From: Marsupella aquatica
Lineage: Eukaryota; Plantae; Marchantiophyta
Reading direction: 5' to 3'
DNA: 64,000 bases
Assembly (NCBI GenBank): GCA_973895155.1
Contig: OZ316895.1
Location: 7,676,184 to 7,740,183 of the forward strand
The number at the start of each line of letters is the position of its first letter. Position 1 is the stretch's first letter. This document shows positions 33,868-43,536 of this stretch, in pieces. Both the position numbers and the translations under genes were made by a program. The notes below the pieces were generated by a model, which made no database searches, had not been told where the DNA came from, and saw only the letters and a program-made list of their open reading frames with translations.

Positions 33868-36800
33868 TTATCCTAACTCATGGAACTCTTCATAAGTTGA
33901 AGATCCATCTGACAGTTCAGCGTCAGGATGGGGTGGGGAGGAAGAGGATGACGAGTGAGACTGCAGGCCAAATGTGCCACCCTTCTGACTACCACTGGAC
34001 CGAAGCTTCCGGGAATGGCGTTGAAGAAGACGCTTAGCTTTAGTTAGGTTCCCAAAATCCTGAGGTGAAGTTGCAGAATCTGCATCCGCTCCGCTCAGAT
34101 AACCGAACGTTTCTGTACTGTTTCTCAGATCGATACTCAATTTCCTCATCACCAGAGCTTTTGCTTTCCGGCGCTGAGAGTTGAAAAGCCCTCTGATAGA
34201 CGATACAAATCCCTCTCCAGCCCGGTCGCTGTGCTTCTTGTACCGAGAAATGGGAAATTGATCTTCGTGACCTGCTTGGCTTGTGCTCGAATCACTCGAA
34301 TTGGAGTCGTTGACTCCCTCGCCTCCATCAGCTTGGTTTTGCACAGGCAATTTGTCTTTGAACTTTTTCCCTTGCATTCCTGTGACAGACTTGAGCACAC
34401 TCCAGATAATGTGCTTCTTGACCTTGGAAAACAGTCTTCGCCAGGTGCCAGTGAACTCCAACCGAGTGAACGTATCCATCAGCAGGCGCATATCATTCAC
34501 GGAAAATCGCGAACCCTCATAGGTGACCAACAACTCTACCTGACTGATTCGAATGTTGTGAAACTCCAACAGCCTTTTCTGCAGGCGAGTAGCCTTCTTA
34601 TCTTCCGTAATCTTCTTCTCCTCTTGGATCGACTGCTTGGTACCCTTTTTAGTCTTGTGCTCCTTGGATTTCACACTGTCGACGCTAGTAGTGGGATGGA
34701 TGCTTGCAGTGGATGGCAAGTCTTCATGGTAGCTGTTCGAGACTCGCACTGTAGTGGCCTTCGAACTCACTTCATCGGTTGAAATTTCTATTTCCCTCTC
34801 CTCCACTGACTTGCTGAAAGAGGCATTTCTACCTTCTTTAGCCGTACTAGTGTTTGCAGTTGTCAGACTTACCTTTTGGTGCTGAATTCGTACAGTCTGC
34901 CGCTGTACAGAATCATGCTCCTCTTCGGGAAAAAGGTAGTCCCACATCATTGTGTACATGCCTTCAGTCAAATAGATTTTAAGGGGGTATATCTCCACCT
35001 GGAAGAGCTCCAGTGGAGAATGGCCATCCTCTGGGGCGCCCTGCTTTGCATCTACCCGAAGCATGACATTCCTGCCCCATTCAGCTGGAGGGTTCCATGG
35101 CGAAAGAACCGTGTCCGACTTTGCACCAGGGAGGCAATTTTTCACAGCAAACCATTTGGTTGTAAAACGGGCTACGCCGATATCATTGAAGTCACGGTCA
35201 ACATTCAAAATCATACTGCTTATTTCCGCTTCGGCAAAAGATCCGCCGTCACAGAGCATACTCCACACAAATTTGTCAATAGCCCAAGAAACACGCATTG
35301 CTGCCAAGGGAGTCCGATGCTTCTCTTTCTCCATCAGCCGCTGCTCGGCAGCACTTTGCAGAGTGTCCCTTAATGTTACATATGCGGATCGTCTTTCTAC
35401 GCGCATTATTATGAACTCTCTCTCAAGCATTTGGAACTCAGCACTTTGAAACCCAAATCCCAGACGTTTCATCAAAGCCCAATGCCCCATGACAGCACGG
35501 CAGTCTCTCTCCGTCTGCTCAAGCTTGATTCTAGCAAGCTCTACTTCCTCTACACCTTCTGGAACAACTTCATCCACTTCCTCTTCACCTTCATCTGTGC
35601 TATTCTCGTCACCAACATATTGCACAGATGGTCTCTTTCGCGGCTTTGGGAGCCTTGCAAGCAGCAAATTGCTAATGACGTCCACCATGATGTGGAACTG
35701 ATTTGATGTCATGGTTGCCGTTATATTTGGAGAATTAAACGAAAGTTCTTTCAGAGGTTTTACCTTGCAGTCAGTTGTGCCTCCCTTGTGTCGAGTGTAC
35801 TGAAAATACATCGAGCATGGCATAAACACACGCTCAAGTAAAGCTCCTGTTCGCCTAACTTTTGGCGCCCCCCCAGTAGGAATTTTTGGAAGCCACTGTA
35901 GACCAGCACCAAGATCGACGTCTGTTGGAGCTACATGGGCTTGCACATGTTCCAGTATCACCGAGAGCTCACGGCGCTTCCAAGCAATCACAGGTGCACC
36001 TCCCTGAGGACCAGAAGGTACTCCTTCCTTTCTTAGAGCATCAGCAATTATCTCTAGACCCACAGCTACAATAGAATGAAAAGATCTCGCAAGGACTCGT
36101 CCACTTGCAGCCGCCAGAAGCAATCTACCGTGAGCATCCTCGGAATGTAGGTTGAACTGCGGCTGCACTACATTGACCATAAAATGCATGACTCCCTCTT
36201 CCTCTGACGTGTCTACTGCCTGTTCCTTCAATCCCTGTGAAGCTTCGTCAGACTTTTCACCTGCCCACTTTTCCTTCCTCTCCAGTACTTTCCTTTGCGC
36301 ATACTGTCTGGAAGGTGATGGCTTGGCTGATTGGAACGCCCTAGAAAAATCCTCAACCCAAGACCACACCGCATCCCTGTTTGGCAGAGTCCACAGCAGT
36401 TTCAGACCATATACCGAAACGCGAAGGCAGTTGTCCGCAAGAACCACGTTGAAGCCTTCATCATCGCTGGCATCTGAATGTGACTGATCACTTCCACTTT
36501 CACCGGCAATGCCCTCAGTGGCAAGTTCAGCTGATCCATCGCTTCGAGCAATTCTTTTGTAATGGAGTAACGCAGACAACAGAGACAATCCTGCTTTAGG
36601 TGCTTGTTTCCGTAACGTGAAAATATCCATGGACAAAAGGAAACCTTTCCCACTCTCTTGCTTACTTATAGTAACGCCATCATTGATTGATTCACCAATG
36701 AAACCTTCTTGCAAACCTAGCAGTTCCTTGACTTTGTCTTCCTTGTCAATCTCTCCAACAAGATCTTGATGCTTGACAGTTGGAACAGCAATAGTATCCA

Positions 36801-39800
36801 GTCGAGCATTGAGCATGCTCAGATCCAACCCCTGATATACTGAAATGAGAGGCTCACGAGGTCCAGTACTCTCAAAATGACTTTGGCAGCGACTGTACAG
36901 AAGTTCATACCTCAATCTCTTCATGCGAAAAGTTAGCCCATGCGCTGGATCTGCATCCAAATTTGAGCGATGCTTTATACAGCCAGGGGTTGCATCTACT
37001 CTCAGCAGATACTCAGTCATTACTTTATCCAACGACAAGTTTCCTGAGCGTGGACTTCTTTTGATCCCAAATCTGGGCCACCTGGAAAATGATCGGAGTT
37101 TATGAGGAGGGCCATAAAACAGATTCCATAGCCGGAAGATCCACTTCAACTCTTGCGAGCCAAAATATATTGTTGGAACTGGTTTATGCAGTGCATCGGA
37201 CGGCATCTCTGAATGATGAGAGGCTGTACGGCCAAAGCTATGACTAGCCAGAAACTTTTCAGAGCTGCGCTTTGCTCTGAATTTTCCCTTCGACGCTGCA
37301 AAATGCTCAGATTTTGACAGAGTTGGATCCCACTTACTGACTGCTGGGCAGAACAAAGAAAAAGCGAAGGTCAACGATAGTGATATGGATCTGAAAAGGT
37401 CATACTTTTTGGTGGGTGGATTGGGATCATTAGGGAATGGGTGCAAATAATGATTTAAAGGCATACCCGATTCACACTTCCAGTCCATTAGGATTTCCAG
37501 CTTGAATTCAGGAGTATGCAGTACAGAAAGCTTCTCTTGGTATTCAGATAGAGCATTTGATTGACATGAAGATGAACATCTGGCGATAACCCACTCAAAG
37601 TCGTCTGCCCGGAAAACAACAGAACCCTCAGATTGTGTTACATCCATGGTAGTGGCTACGAACTGCAGCATTTGTTGATCCTCGTACGGGTTAGTGGTGG
37701 CCAGCAAGCTCCAGCTGAAATTGTTTACCTTAAGACTGTTCCTTCCGTGAATGTAGTATCTCATGTCATCCCACCATGGCAGGCTGCGCTCCTTCTTCAC
37801 AACAGCAATGGCCGGTTTTGCTTTCTGAAGAGCAATGGTGAAAGCGTAGCTCACATCTGCTATGACGGGCTCATATCCCACCCCGTACGAGAAATCACCA
37901 GAGTCGACCTGAAGATCGAGATCGAAGAAAGTTTTGTAAGCAGGTGTAGCCCCACTTATAGATCTCCAAACCTCCACAATCCTTAGTCTACCCAAGTTGA
38001 CCTCCTGCCTCATTTGCTCTGGAAAGATCGTAGCCTGCTGCGCTACAATAACATTTCCTTCACATTCTACTAGCCCAGCCCTAACCAAAGGAGACGGGAA
38101 GTCCCGAAGCTGTGCCACCAAAGTAGATGCCTGAATGGACAAATGCCGACCATAAACTTTCGAATATGGGACTTCCATATCAGGACTGACACAATCTAGC
38201 TTCCTTATTGCTTCAACCATGCTTCCTAGGACCGGGCTCAAATTCATTTCAACGTTGCATGCTCGAACAAGCAGTAGAGCTATCCGATTGCTGCTCACAC
38301 GAAAACCAGACTGACGACCGCTTCTGCAAGCCCCAGAACCCTCTTGAATCAACAAGTTCTCACATGCACTTTGATAGGCATTGAAAGCTTCCTTCTGTAT
38401 TCCCTCCCATTCTAAGTCAAACTCTTGTGAAGAAGTACTGTTGGACGAAGTTGGAGAATTCATGGCCTCTTGACGTTTTTCTTCTAGAATTCTCTCTCGC
38501 ACCTGAAGTTTACAGATCTCTCTTCCCATGAGATGATAATGTTCATCCAGCCAACCCTGTAATGGCTCTTCTTCAATCTCAAAGCTCAATTCATGTACAG
38601 ATACAATAATCGATTGAATTCCTACAGAAGGCTTCTTCGTCTTCTGTTGACCGCCCGCCGAGCTCATTGGTTTGCGCTTGTTCTTTAGATTTCGCATTAC
38701 CAGCTTAAGAACTCTCCACATGTCCTCAGTTGCGTCATCTATTGCCCGTAATTGAAGCCTGAACGGCAGGATGGTCCGGATTTTTGTTGCATGGATTGAT
38801 ATATCCCAGTTCACCTTTTGTGCTGTGTCATTCAGTCCAGACACTGAATCAGGTGTGGACGAAGGTAGCCGGCATATCTGAGCCTGCTCTACATGTAGTA
38901 TCTGGCAATCATTGAAAGCAGCATGTATATTCTCAACAAGCAGTCCAATCTCGACATCCTCGGACACAAGTGACTGAACGCGCAATGTAAAGTCGATTTC
39001 TTTGGTGACCTGAGCAGTGAAGTTCAACTTCTCAAGATCCAGAGCTAGCCTTAATTTCTGCTTGCCCGCAGCAACTTTCCTTTTAACGGCAATGTCCAGT
39101 TTCCCAATAGCAGCTGCTTCATCTTTAGATTTCCCACTTACGCTACTACCAATAACTGCGAGTTGCAAAGCGACATCGTAGTAAAACAAATGCACGTCAG
39201 GGTCCCAGTGGCCGTCGACATTTGTTACACTTAGCAGTAACCGGCCAGGGATGCCTGTCGCTCGACTTCCACCTTCAAACACTGCTTCGAAGTTTTGGAC
39301 AGCAAACACGGTAAGCTTTGAGATGACCTTATCTTTCAAGCCAACGTGTTCATGGGATACTTGGCCACGATCTAAAAAGAACTGCAAGTTCTTCTTGTGA
39401 TTATCGATAGAGATAAGGCCAAAAACCTCCTCAAAAGTTGCATTACAGAGGATATTGCTATCCTTATATTGGTGAAATCCACTAGATTTTATGGAGGCAG
39501 TTCGAAGGATACCATTATGATTGTGCGTCTTGACAACTTTGCCTCCTTGATCTCCAAAATTCAGAGTCTTCGCATCGTCAACTTCCCCCTCATCAATTAA
39601 TGCTGGACCACCAAATTGAATTGATAAACCTTGCACTCCGAACTCTATCTTCCTCCACCCACCCCTCTTCTTCGACTTGCTCGTCGCAGCAGATTTGGAA
39701 GTAGCTTTGGTCTTCTGGCCAAACACATTCTTTACATATGCCCTGGCACCCACAGCTAGTGTAACAAGTGCTTTCAAGCGAATGACGCTCAAATATATCC

Positions 39801-41511
39801 CAATCTGACTGCATTCCAAGATTATCACAGAGCACCATCTTACAGTTTTGTCATCTTCAGAACGATGTTCACTGGTTCCCCACTCCATGACCAAACCACC
39901 CAGACGGATAAAACAACTCGACTCACATTCACTTGATGGAGAGATTTCACCGTATAGATCATTAATCATCATCACAACCAGCTCTCCAACTTCCAGTTGC
40001 ATTCTACAAGCAGGCCCTGAAACGTTGTCCACAAAAAATTGTAATGATTGAGAGCTGACGGTAAAAACAGGTCTCCCGATGCTGTCGTAGGCTGTCACTC
40101 CCATTTCCGGAGCCGAAATTGTGCACACCCAACACAACCTGGATTTGGATTTCTTCTTCTTCGAGGATGGAGAAGATCGATCTACGATCCGTTCAACCTT
40201 TGAAGTGTTCCTTGGTAAGCGAAGGACAAACATGAGAAGATCATCCACTCTGTTCTGGTATAAGTTGCATCGAGTGCCTACCAGATTGGCATCAATCTCT
40301 ATTCTCTGGCGGGAATTCACCTTGGGATATAGCTCAATTGTCGCTACGACCGACACTCTTAATATTTGAAACAGGCTCCCATCAAGTTCCTCCAAAATGT
40401 GAATCTCTCCACAATCAAAATGCACTTCGCAAACTGTGGCAATCTCTCCAGCTTGGTCGGCAGGTTTTGATACGCAGCTCCGAATTGAAACCCCATTTAT
40501 TTTGTTTTTCAGGGTTGCCCGTCCACCCAATCGACTACAATTGAATGATACCACTGGCAGGTTGAAGCTAAACTTCTCAGGAAGGACTGCAAGACCCTTT
40601 CTGCGTGTCCCTGCTGGCGTTTCTACAGCTGATTTCACTTCCGAAACTTGCCCTTCTTCAGTGCGTATGGTACCATTTTCATCCTTTCCATCCACCTTCT
40701 TGCGAAACAAACTTCGCACAAGGCTATTGTCTCCGAATAGCATTTCTTCGCCTAAGTTTACTTCCGCTTCACCGCAATCCACCTCGACGTGACGGATTAT
40801 TAATCCCCTATCCTTCACATATTCCAGGTTACTGCTCACAATGAACTGTTCCAACGAACATAGTGTATGGAGATCCTCCGCCGGCCTGGCCGATTCTAAT
40901 TCATCAGTGCCATGATCATCAGGCTGTACTTCTCTTATATAAATGTTCACAGAAACTATCGCCAGTTTTACTCCAAGTAAATCCAAAGAGGTCTCTTGAG
41001 GTCGAAAAGTGTCCAGATCCAGCTCTTTGACGTCCACAGATAGATTTGGTAGCCAAACAGCCTTCACGACAAGCTCGGTTACTGTCAAATTGACATGCTT
41101 CGCACACTTGGCAATAATCGGCCAACCCTTCGACTGACCGGGGAGCTTCGTTCGCTCACGTGCTTTCTGCTGAGACACACTTCTCTCTGACTTTCCAGAC
41201 TTCTGCAACAAAACCTCTACCTCCGAGATACAAAGCTGTAATTTGGACTCTCGCAATGCACCGAAGTTCAACACCGTGAGGGGCAGCTTCAAGCTTACTT
41301 CTCGGACTGTGACCGAGGCTAATGGGCCCTTCGTGAAATGGATTGAAACATCCTTCAGACGGAGGAACCCTGCAAAGCGAAAATGAACCTTCGCCTTCAG
41401 GATCTTTCCCAGAAGCCTCGATAAAAATCTAGCGGTGAAGTTGAAGAGTACCCATGCTGTTGACGCGAGCGCCAAGACGTACCATAGCATACAAAATGGT
41501 GAAGACGCCAT
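33868..41511 (-). CDS. SAB: SABRE/KINKY POLLEN-family bridge-like lipid transfer protein (BLTP2/Hobbit/Fmp27 family), ~2547 aa, intronless CDS
   Basis: One uninterrupted ORF. The likely start is the ATG of MASSPF (41511), not the upstream GTG in the ORF track. N-terminal TM, then LPFRLQLRAIDD, EEEPLQGWLDEHY, ERSLPWWDDMRYYIHG (GFWDK-type region), RSGNLSLDKVMTEY, VVQPQFNLHSE and ALLERVFMPC (Apt1 region), and WRRLFSKVKKHIIWSVLKSVTGMQGKKF. Probable 5'UTR intron at 41536-41835. Confidence 0.93.
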   Translation of the reverse strand: MASSPFCMLWYVLALASTAWVLFNFTARFLSRLLGKILKAKVHFRFAGFLRLKDVSIHFTKGPLASVTVREVSLKLPLTVLNFGALRESKLQLCISEVEVLLQKSGKSERSVSQQKARERTKLPGQSKGWPIIAKCAKHVNLTVTELVVKAVWLPNLSVDVKELDLDTFRPQETSLDLLGVKLAIVSVNIYIREVQPDDHGTDELESARPAEDLHTLCSLEQFIVSSNLEYVKDRGLIIRHVEVDCGEAEVNLGEEMLFGDNSLVRSLFRKKVDGKDENGTIRTEEGQVSEVKSAVETPAGTRRKGLAVLPEKFSFNLPVVSFNCSRLGGRATLKNKINGVSIRSCVSKPADQAGEIATVCEVHFDCGEIHILEELDGSLFQILRVSVVATIELYPKVNSRQRIEIDANLVGTRCNLYQNRVDDLLMFVLRLPRNTSKVERIVDRSSPSSKKKKSKSRLCWVCTISAPEMGVTAYDSIGRPVFTVSSQSLQFFVDNVSGPACRMQLEVGELVVMMINDLYGEISPSSECESSCFIRLGGLVMEWGTSEHRSEDDKTVRWCSVIILECSQIGIYLSVIRLKALVTLAVGARAYVKNVFGQKTKATSKSAATSKSKKRGGWRKIEFGVQGLSIQFGGPALIDEGEVDDAKTLNFGDQGGKVVKTHNHNGILRTASIKSSGFHQYKDSNILCNATFEEVFGLISIDNHKKNLQFFLDRGQVSHEHVGLKDKVISKLTVFAVQNFEAVFEGGSRATGIPGRLLLSVTNVDGHWDPDVHLFYYDVALQLAVIGSSVSGKSKDEAAAIGKLDIAVKRKVAAGKQKLRLALDLEKLNFTAQVTKEIDFTLRVQSLVSEDVEIGLLVENIHAAFNDCQILHVEQAQICRLPSSTPDSVSGLNDTAQKVNWDISIHATKIRTILPFRLQLRAIDDATEDMWRVLKLVMRNLKNKRKPMSSAGGQQKTKKPSVGIQSIIVSVHELSFEIEEEPLQGWLDEHYHLMGREICKLQVRERILEEKRQEAMNSPTSSNSTSSQEFDLEWEGIQKEAFNAYQSACENLLIQEGSGACRSGRQSGFRVSSNRIALLLVRACNVEMNLSPVLGSMVEAIRKLDCVSPDMEVPYSKVYGRHLSIQASTLVAQLRDFPSPLVRAGLVECEGNVIVAQQATIFPEQMRQEVNLGRLRIVEVWRSISGATPAYKTFFDLDLQVDSGDFSYGVGYEPVIADVSYAFTIALQKAKPAIAVVKKERSLPWWDDMRYYIHGRNSLKVNNFSWSLLATTNPYEDQQMLQFVATTMDVTQSEGSVVFRADDFEWVIARCSSSCQSNALSEYQEKLSVLHTPEFKLEILMDWKCESGMPLNHYLHPFPNDPNPPTKKYDLFRSISLSLTFAFSLFCPAVSKWDPTLSKSEHFAASKGKFRAKRSSEKFLASHSFGRTASHHSEMPSDALHKPVPTIYFGSQELKWIFRLWNLFYGPPHKLRSFSRWPRFGIKRSPRSGNLSLDKVMTEYLLRVDATPGCIKHRSNLDADPAHGLTFRMKRLRYELLYSRCQSHFESTGPREPLISVYQGLDLSMLNARLDTIAVPTVKHQDLVGEIDKEDKVKELLGLQEGFIGESINDGVTISKQESGKGFLLSMDIFTLRKQAPKAGLSLLSALLHYKRIARSDGSAELATEGIAGESGSDQSHSDASDDEGFNVVLADNCLRVSVYGLKLLWTLPNRDAVWSWVEDFSRAFQSAKPSPSRQYAQRKVLERKEKWAGEKSDEASQGLKEQAVDTSEEEGVMHFMVNVVQPQFNLHSEDAHGRLLLAAASGRVLARSFHSIVAVGLEIIADALRKEGVPSGPQGGAPVIAWKRRELSVILEHVQAHVAPTDVDLGAGLQWLPKIPTGGAPKVRRTGALLERVFMPCSMYFQYTRHKGGTTDCKVKPLKELSFNSPNITATMTSNQFHIMVDVISNLLLARLPKPRKRPSVQYVGDENSTDEGEEEVDEVVPEGVEEVELARIKLEQTERDCRAVMGHWALMKRLGFGFQSAEFQMLEREFIIMRVERRSAYVTLRDTLQSAAEQRLMEKEKHRTPLAAMRVSWAIDKFVWSMLCDGGSFAEAEISSMILNVDRDFNDIGVARFTTKWFAVKNCLPGAKSDTVLSPWNPPAEWGRNVMLRVDAKQGAPEDGHSPLELFQVEIYPLKIYLTEGMYTMMWDYLFPEEEHDSVQRQTVRIQHQKVSLTTANTSTAKEGRNASFSKSVEEREIEISTDEVSSKATTVRVSNSYHEDLPSTASIHPTTSVDSVKSKEHKTKKGTKQSIQEEKKITEDKKATRLQKRLLEFHNIRISQVELLVTYEGSRFSVNDMRLLMDTFTRLEFTGTWRRLFSKVKKHIIWSVLKSVTGMQGKKFKDKLPVQNQADGGEGVNDSNSSDSSTSQAGHEDQFPISRYKKHSDRAGEGFVSSIRGLFNSQRRKAKALVMRKLSIDLRNSTETFGYLSGADADSATSPQDFGNLTKAKRLLQRHSRKLRSSGSQKGGTFGLQSHSSSSSSPPHPDAELSDGSSTYEEFHELG

Positions 41512-42292
41512 GACAACGACGATCGCACTCACACGCTGTCAGAGTAAGAGAGGGGGCTCAGATGTGAACCCCAAAATTTCGCTGAAAGGCGCGCCGTGTA
41601 GCAGTCAATTCGGGCCAGGATCTCTCTTTCAGCTTCACTCTTTCCTGGTAACAGATTCGTCTTTCTCGATTAGATAAGGTTGAAGCTATCCTCAGAGATA
41701 TAAGCCATAAGGTTAAGAGACAAAATCAAGCTCGTAAACGTCTGACTGCGCAATTCGGCGGTACATTGGAGTAAGCGAATTGATCATAACGTTCAGATCT
41801 CGCGAAATTAGGGTAACAGCCACCGAAGCTCTTACCTGGAGGTTTATTGTCCTTTGAACATCGGTCATGCTCTGTTTGGCTCTGAATCATACTGGCAGAC
41901 CCCGTTCTCGATGCTTGCCGCAAAACTAGATGCAAAACAGGACCTGGATGCGTACGCTTTGTTCAAAGTTACGTATGAAATGAGTGAAACGATTCTGCGG
42001 CAAAAATATGAAAGGGCCTTTACCCACTCATCCCTAACCCGTAACGAAGGTATTCAAGGTCGTCTAAGTAGATCAAATTGGGTGTTTTCTAGGGATATGG
42101 TAATCAGCTCTTGCAGTTTCGTAAGTCTAGTTTCGGACGCGGTATGCCTGTGAAAAATTAGTTGTTCACTAAGAAAGAGCTGGAAGGAAGGAAGGAATGT
42201 AGAGCGCATGATGTACTTTGCTATCAATCTGTCACCAAGTAAACATAGGCACCCTCATCCCTGAGCGATCGGTCTTTATGTCAAAGCCCCCC

Positions 42293-42321
42293 TGACGAGC
42301 TCCCTGACGAGCTCCCTGACG
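42293..42321. promoter_or_regulatory. Triple TGACG array at 12 bp spacing (as-1/TGA-like) in the divergent SABRE/ABHD11 intergenic region
   Basis: TGACGagctcccTGACGagctcccTGACG, with TGACG at 42293, 42305 and 42317. Function is inferred only from the motif and its spacing. Confidence 0.4.
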
Positions 42322-43536
42322 AGAGCCCCTTCGTTGGCCAGACCGAAGACGGTCATCCTCAGACCCAGAATGAAATGTGTACTTTAAATGGTCATGATTA
42401 CTTTTAGATCGCGTACTTTTAGGCGATCATCACCAAAAGTACAAAAGAAAACTGGTCGGCAGCTTCGTGGACCGGCATATCGTTCGGTGCCGAGCATATT
42501 TTAACCCCGGTAAGGGGCAGCACTACACAGTACCGCAGTTTGAAAGCCGTCGAGCTCTTACTCGCTTTGCCAGGGTCTTTCTGACGTGTCCCACTAGGAG
42601 CTCATCATGCCTGTGTTTCTGTCGTGGCCGTGAGTGTTGGGTTTACCCCAGAGTCACCTTCCCTTCATCATGCATTGCCGGATGTGCCTCCCCTCGTTTG
42701 GGGCCACTTCTGCATCCATCAGCTTCACTCATTCACTCAGTGCAGACGGTGCTATATGTTGCAGAGATTGATGACAACTCACTGTTCCTGTGAATTGCAG
42801 GTTGATTGGTGCTACTCCGTCGGTTGGATTTTCAAGGGTTTTGACTGGACGATTGAGAGGAAGGAGCTTAGATTAGTTGGAGAAAGCAAGAGCTCATGGC
42901 ACAGTCGTGAATTGCTGTCTGAATGGTGCATTCCGTTGGTTCGTTTGTCAAAGGGTTTTTAACGGGACAATCGAGGGTAGGGAACGGAGATTGTGGGAAA
43001 AAGCTGGAGCTCAGGAGTTGTCCGGACAGTCTGGGTTTGTGGAGGTAGACGAGGATTCTCCACTGACATTGTTTTCGGAGATTGATTACTTACTGTACCT
43101 GTGAATTGCTGATTTTTTAGGTGGATGATCGAGGGGCAGGGGAACAGAGAATAGTGGGAGAAAGCAAGAGCTCAGGAGTTGGGCGGCAGGTGCCAGAGTC
43201 TATGTTCGTGGATGCAGAGTAGATTTTCCGCTTTAGAGAGCATTCATTCCCTACTTTCTACAGTGAATGATCAACTTTCTGTAGTTTGTGCGAGGATCTG
43301 TTTGTAGGGACAGAGAAATCGATGTCTTGTTGACTGTGCTCGGAGTATGAGACGGGAAGTTTGGACTCATGCAATAATCCTGTACATTCAGTTTGCCACT
43401 TCAGAGAACGATTGATTGACAGACCTTTGAGTCCCGGAGGGGAAATAAAGCACTGAATTACATGGTTGATGCTTTAATCTTTCCAAACTTACAGGCTCCA
43501 CTGGACGAGGGTGGCCGGAAGAGGTAAGACACAAGG

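Noticed and set aside
41512-41532. Extended SABRE N-terminus (MSAIVVV) given by the ORF track
   Set aside because: It starts at GTG. The first ATG gives MASSP, matching the usual plant SABRE start, and a splice acceptor lies just upstream.
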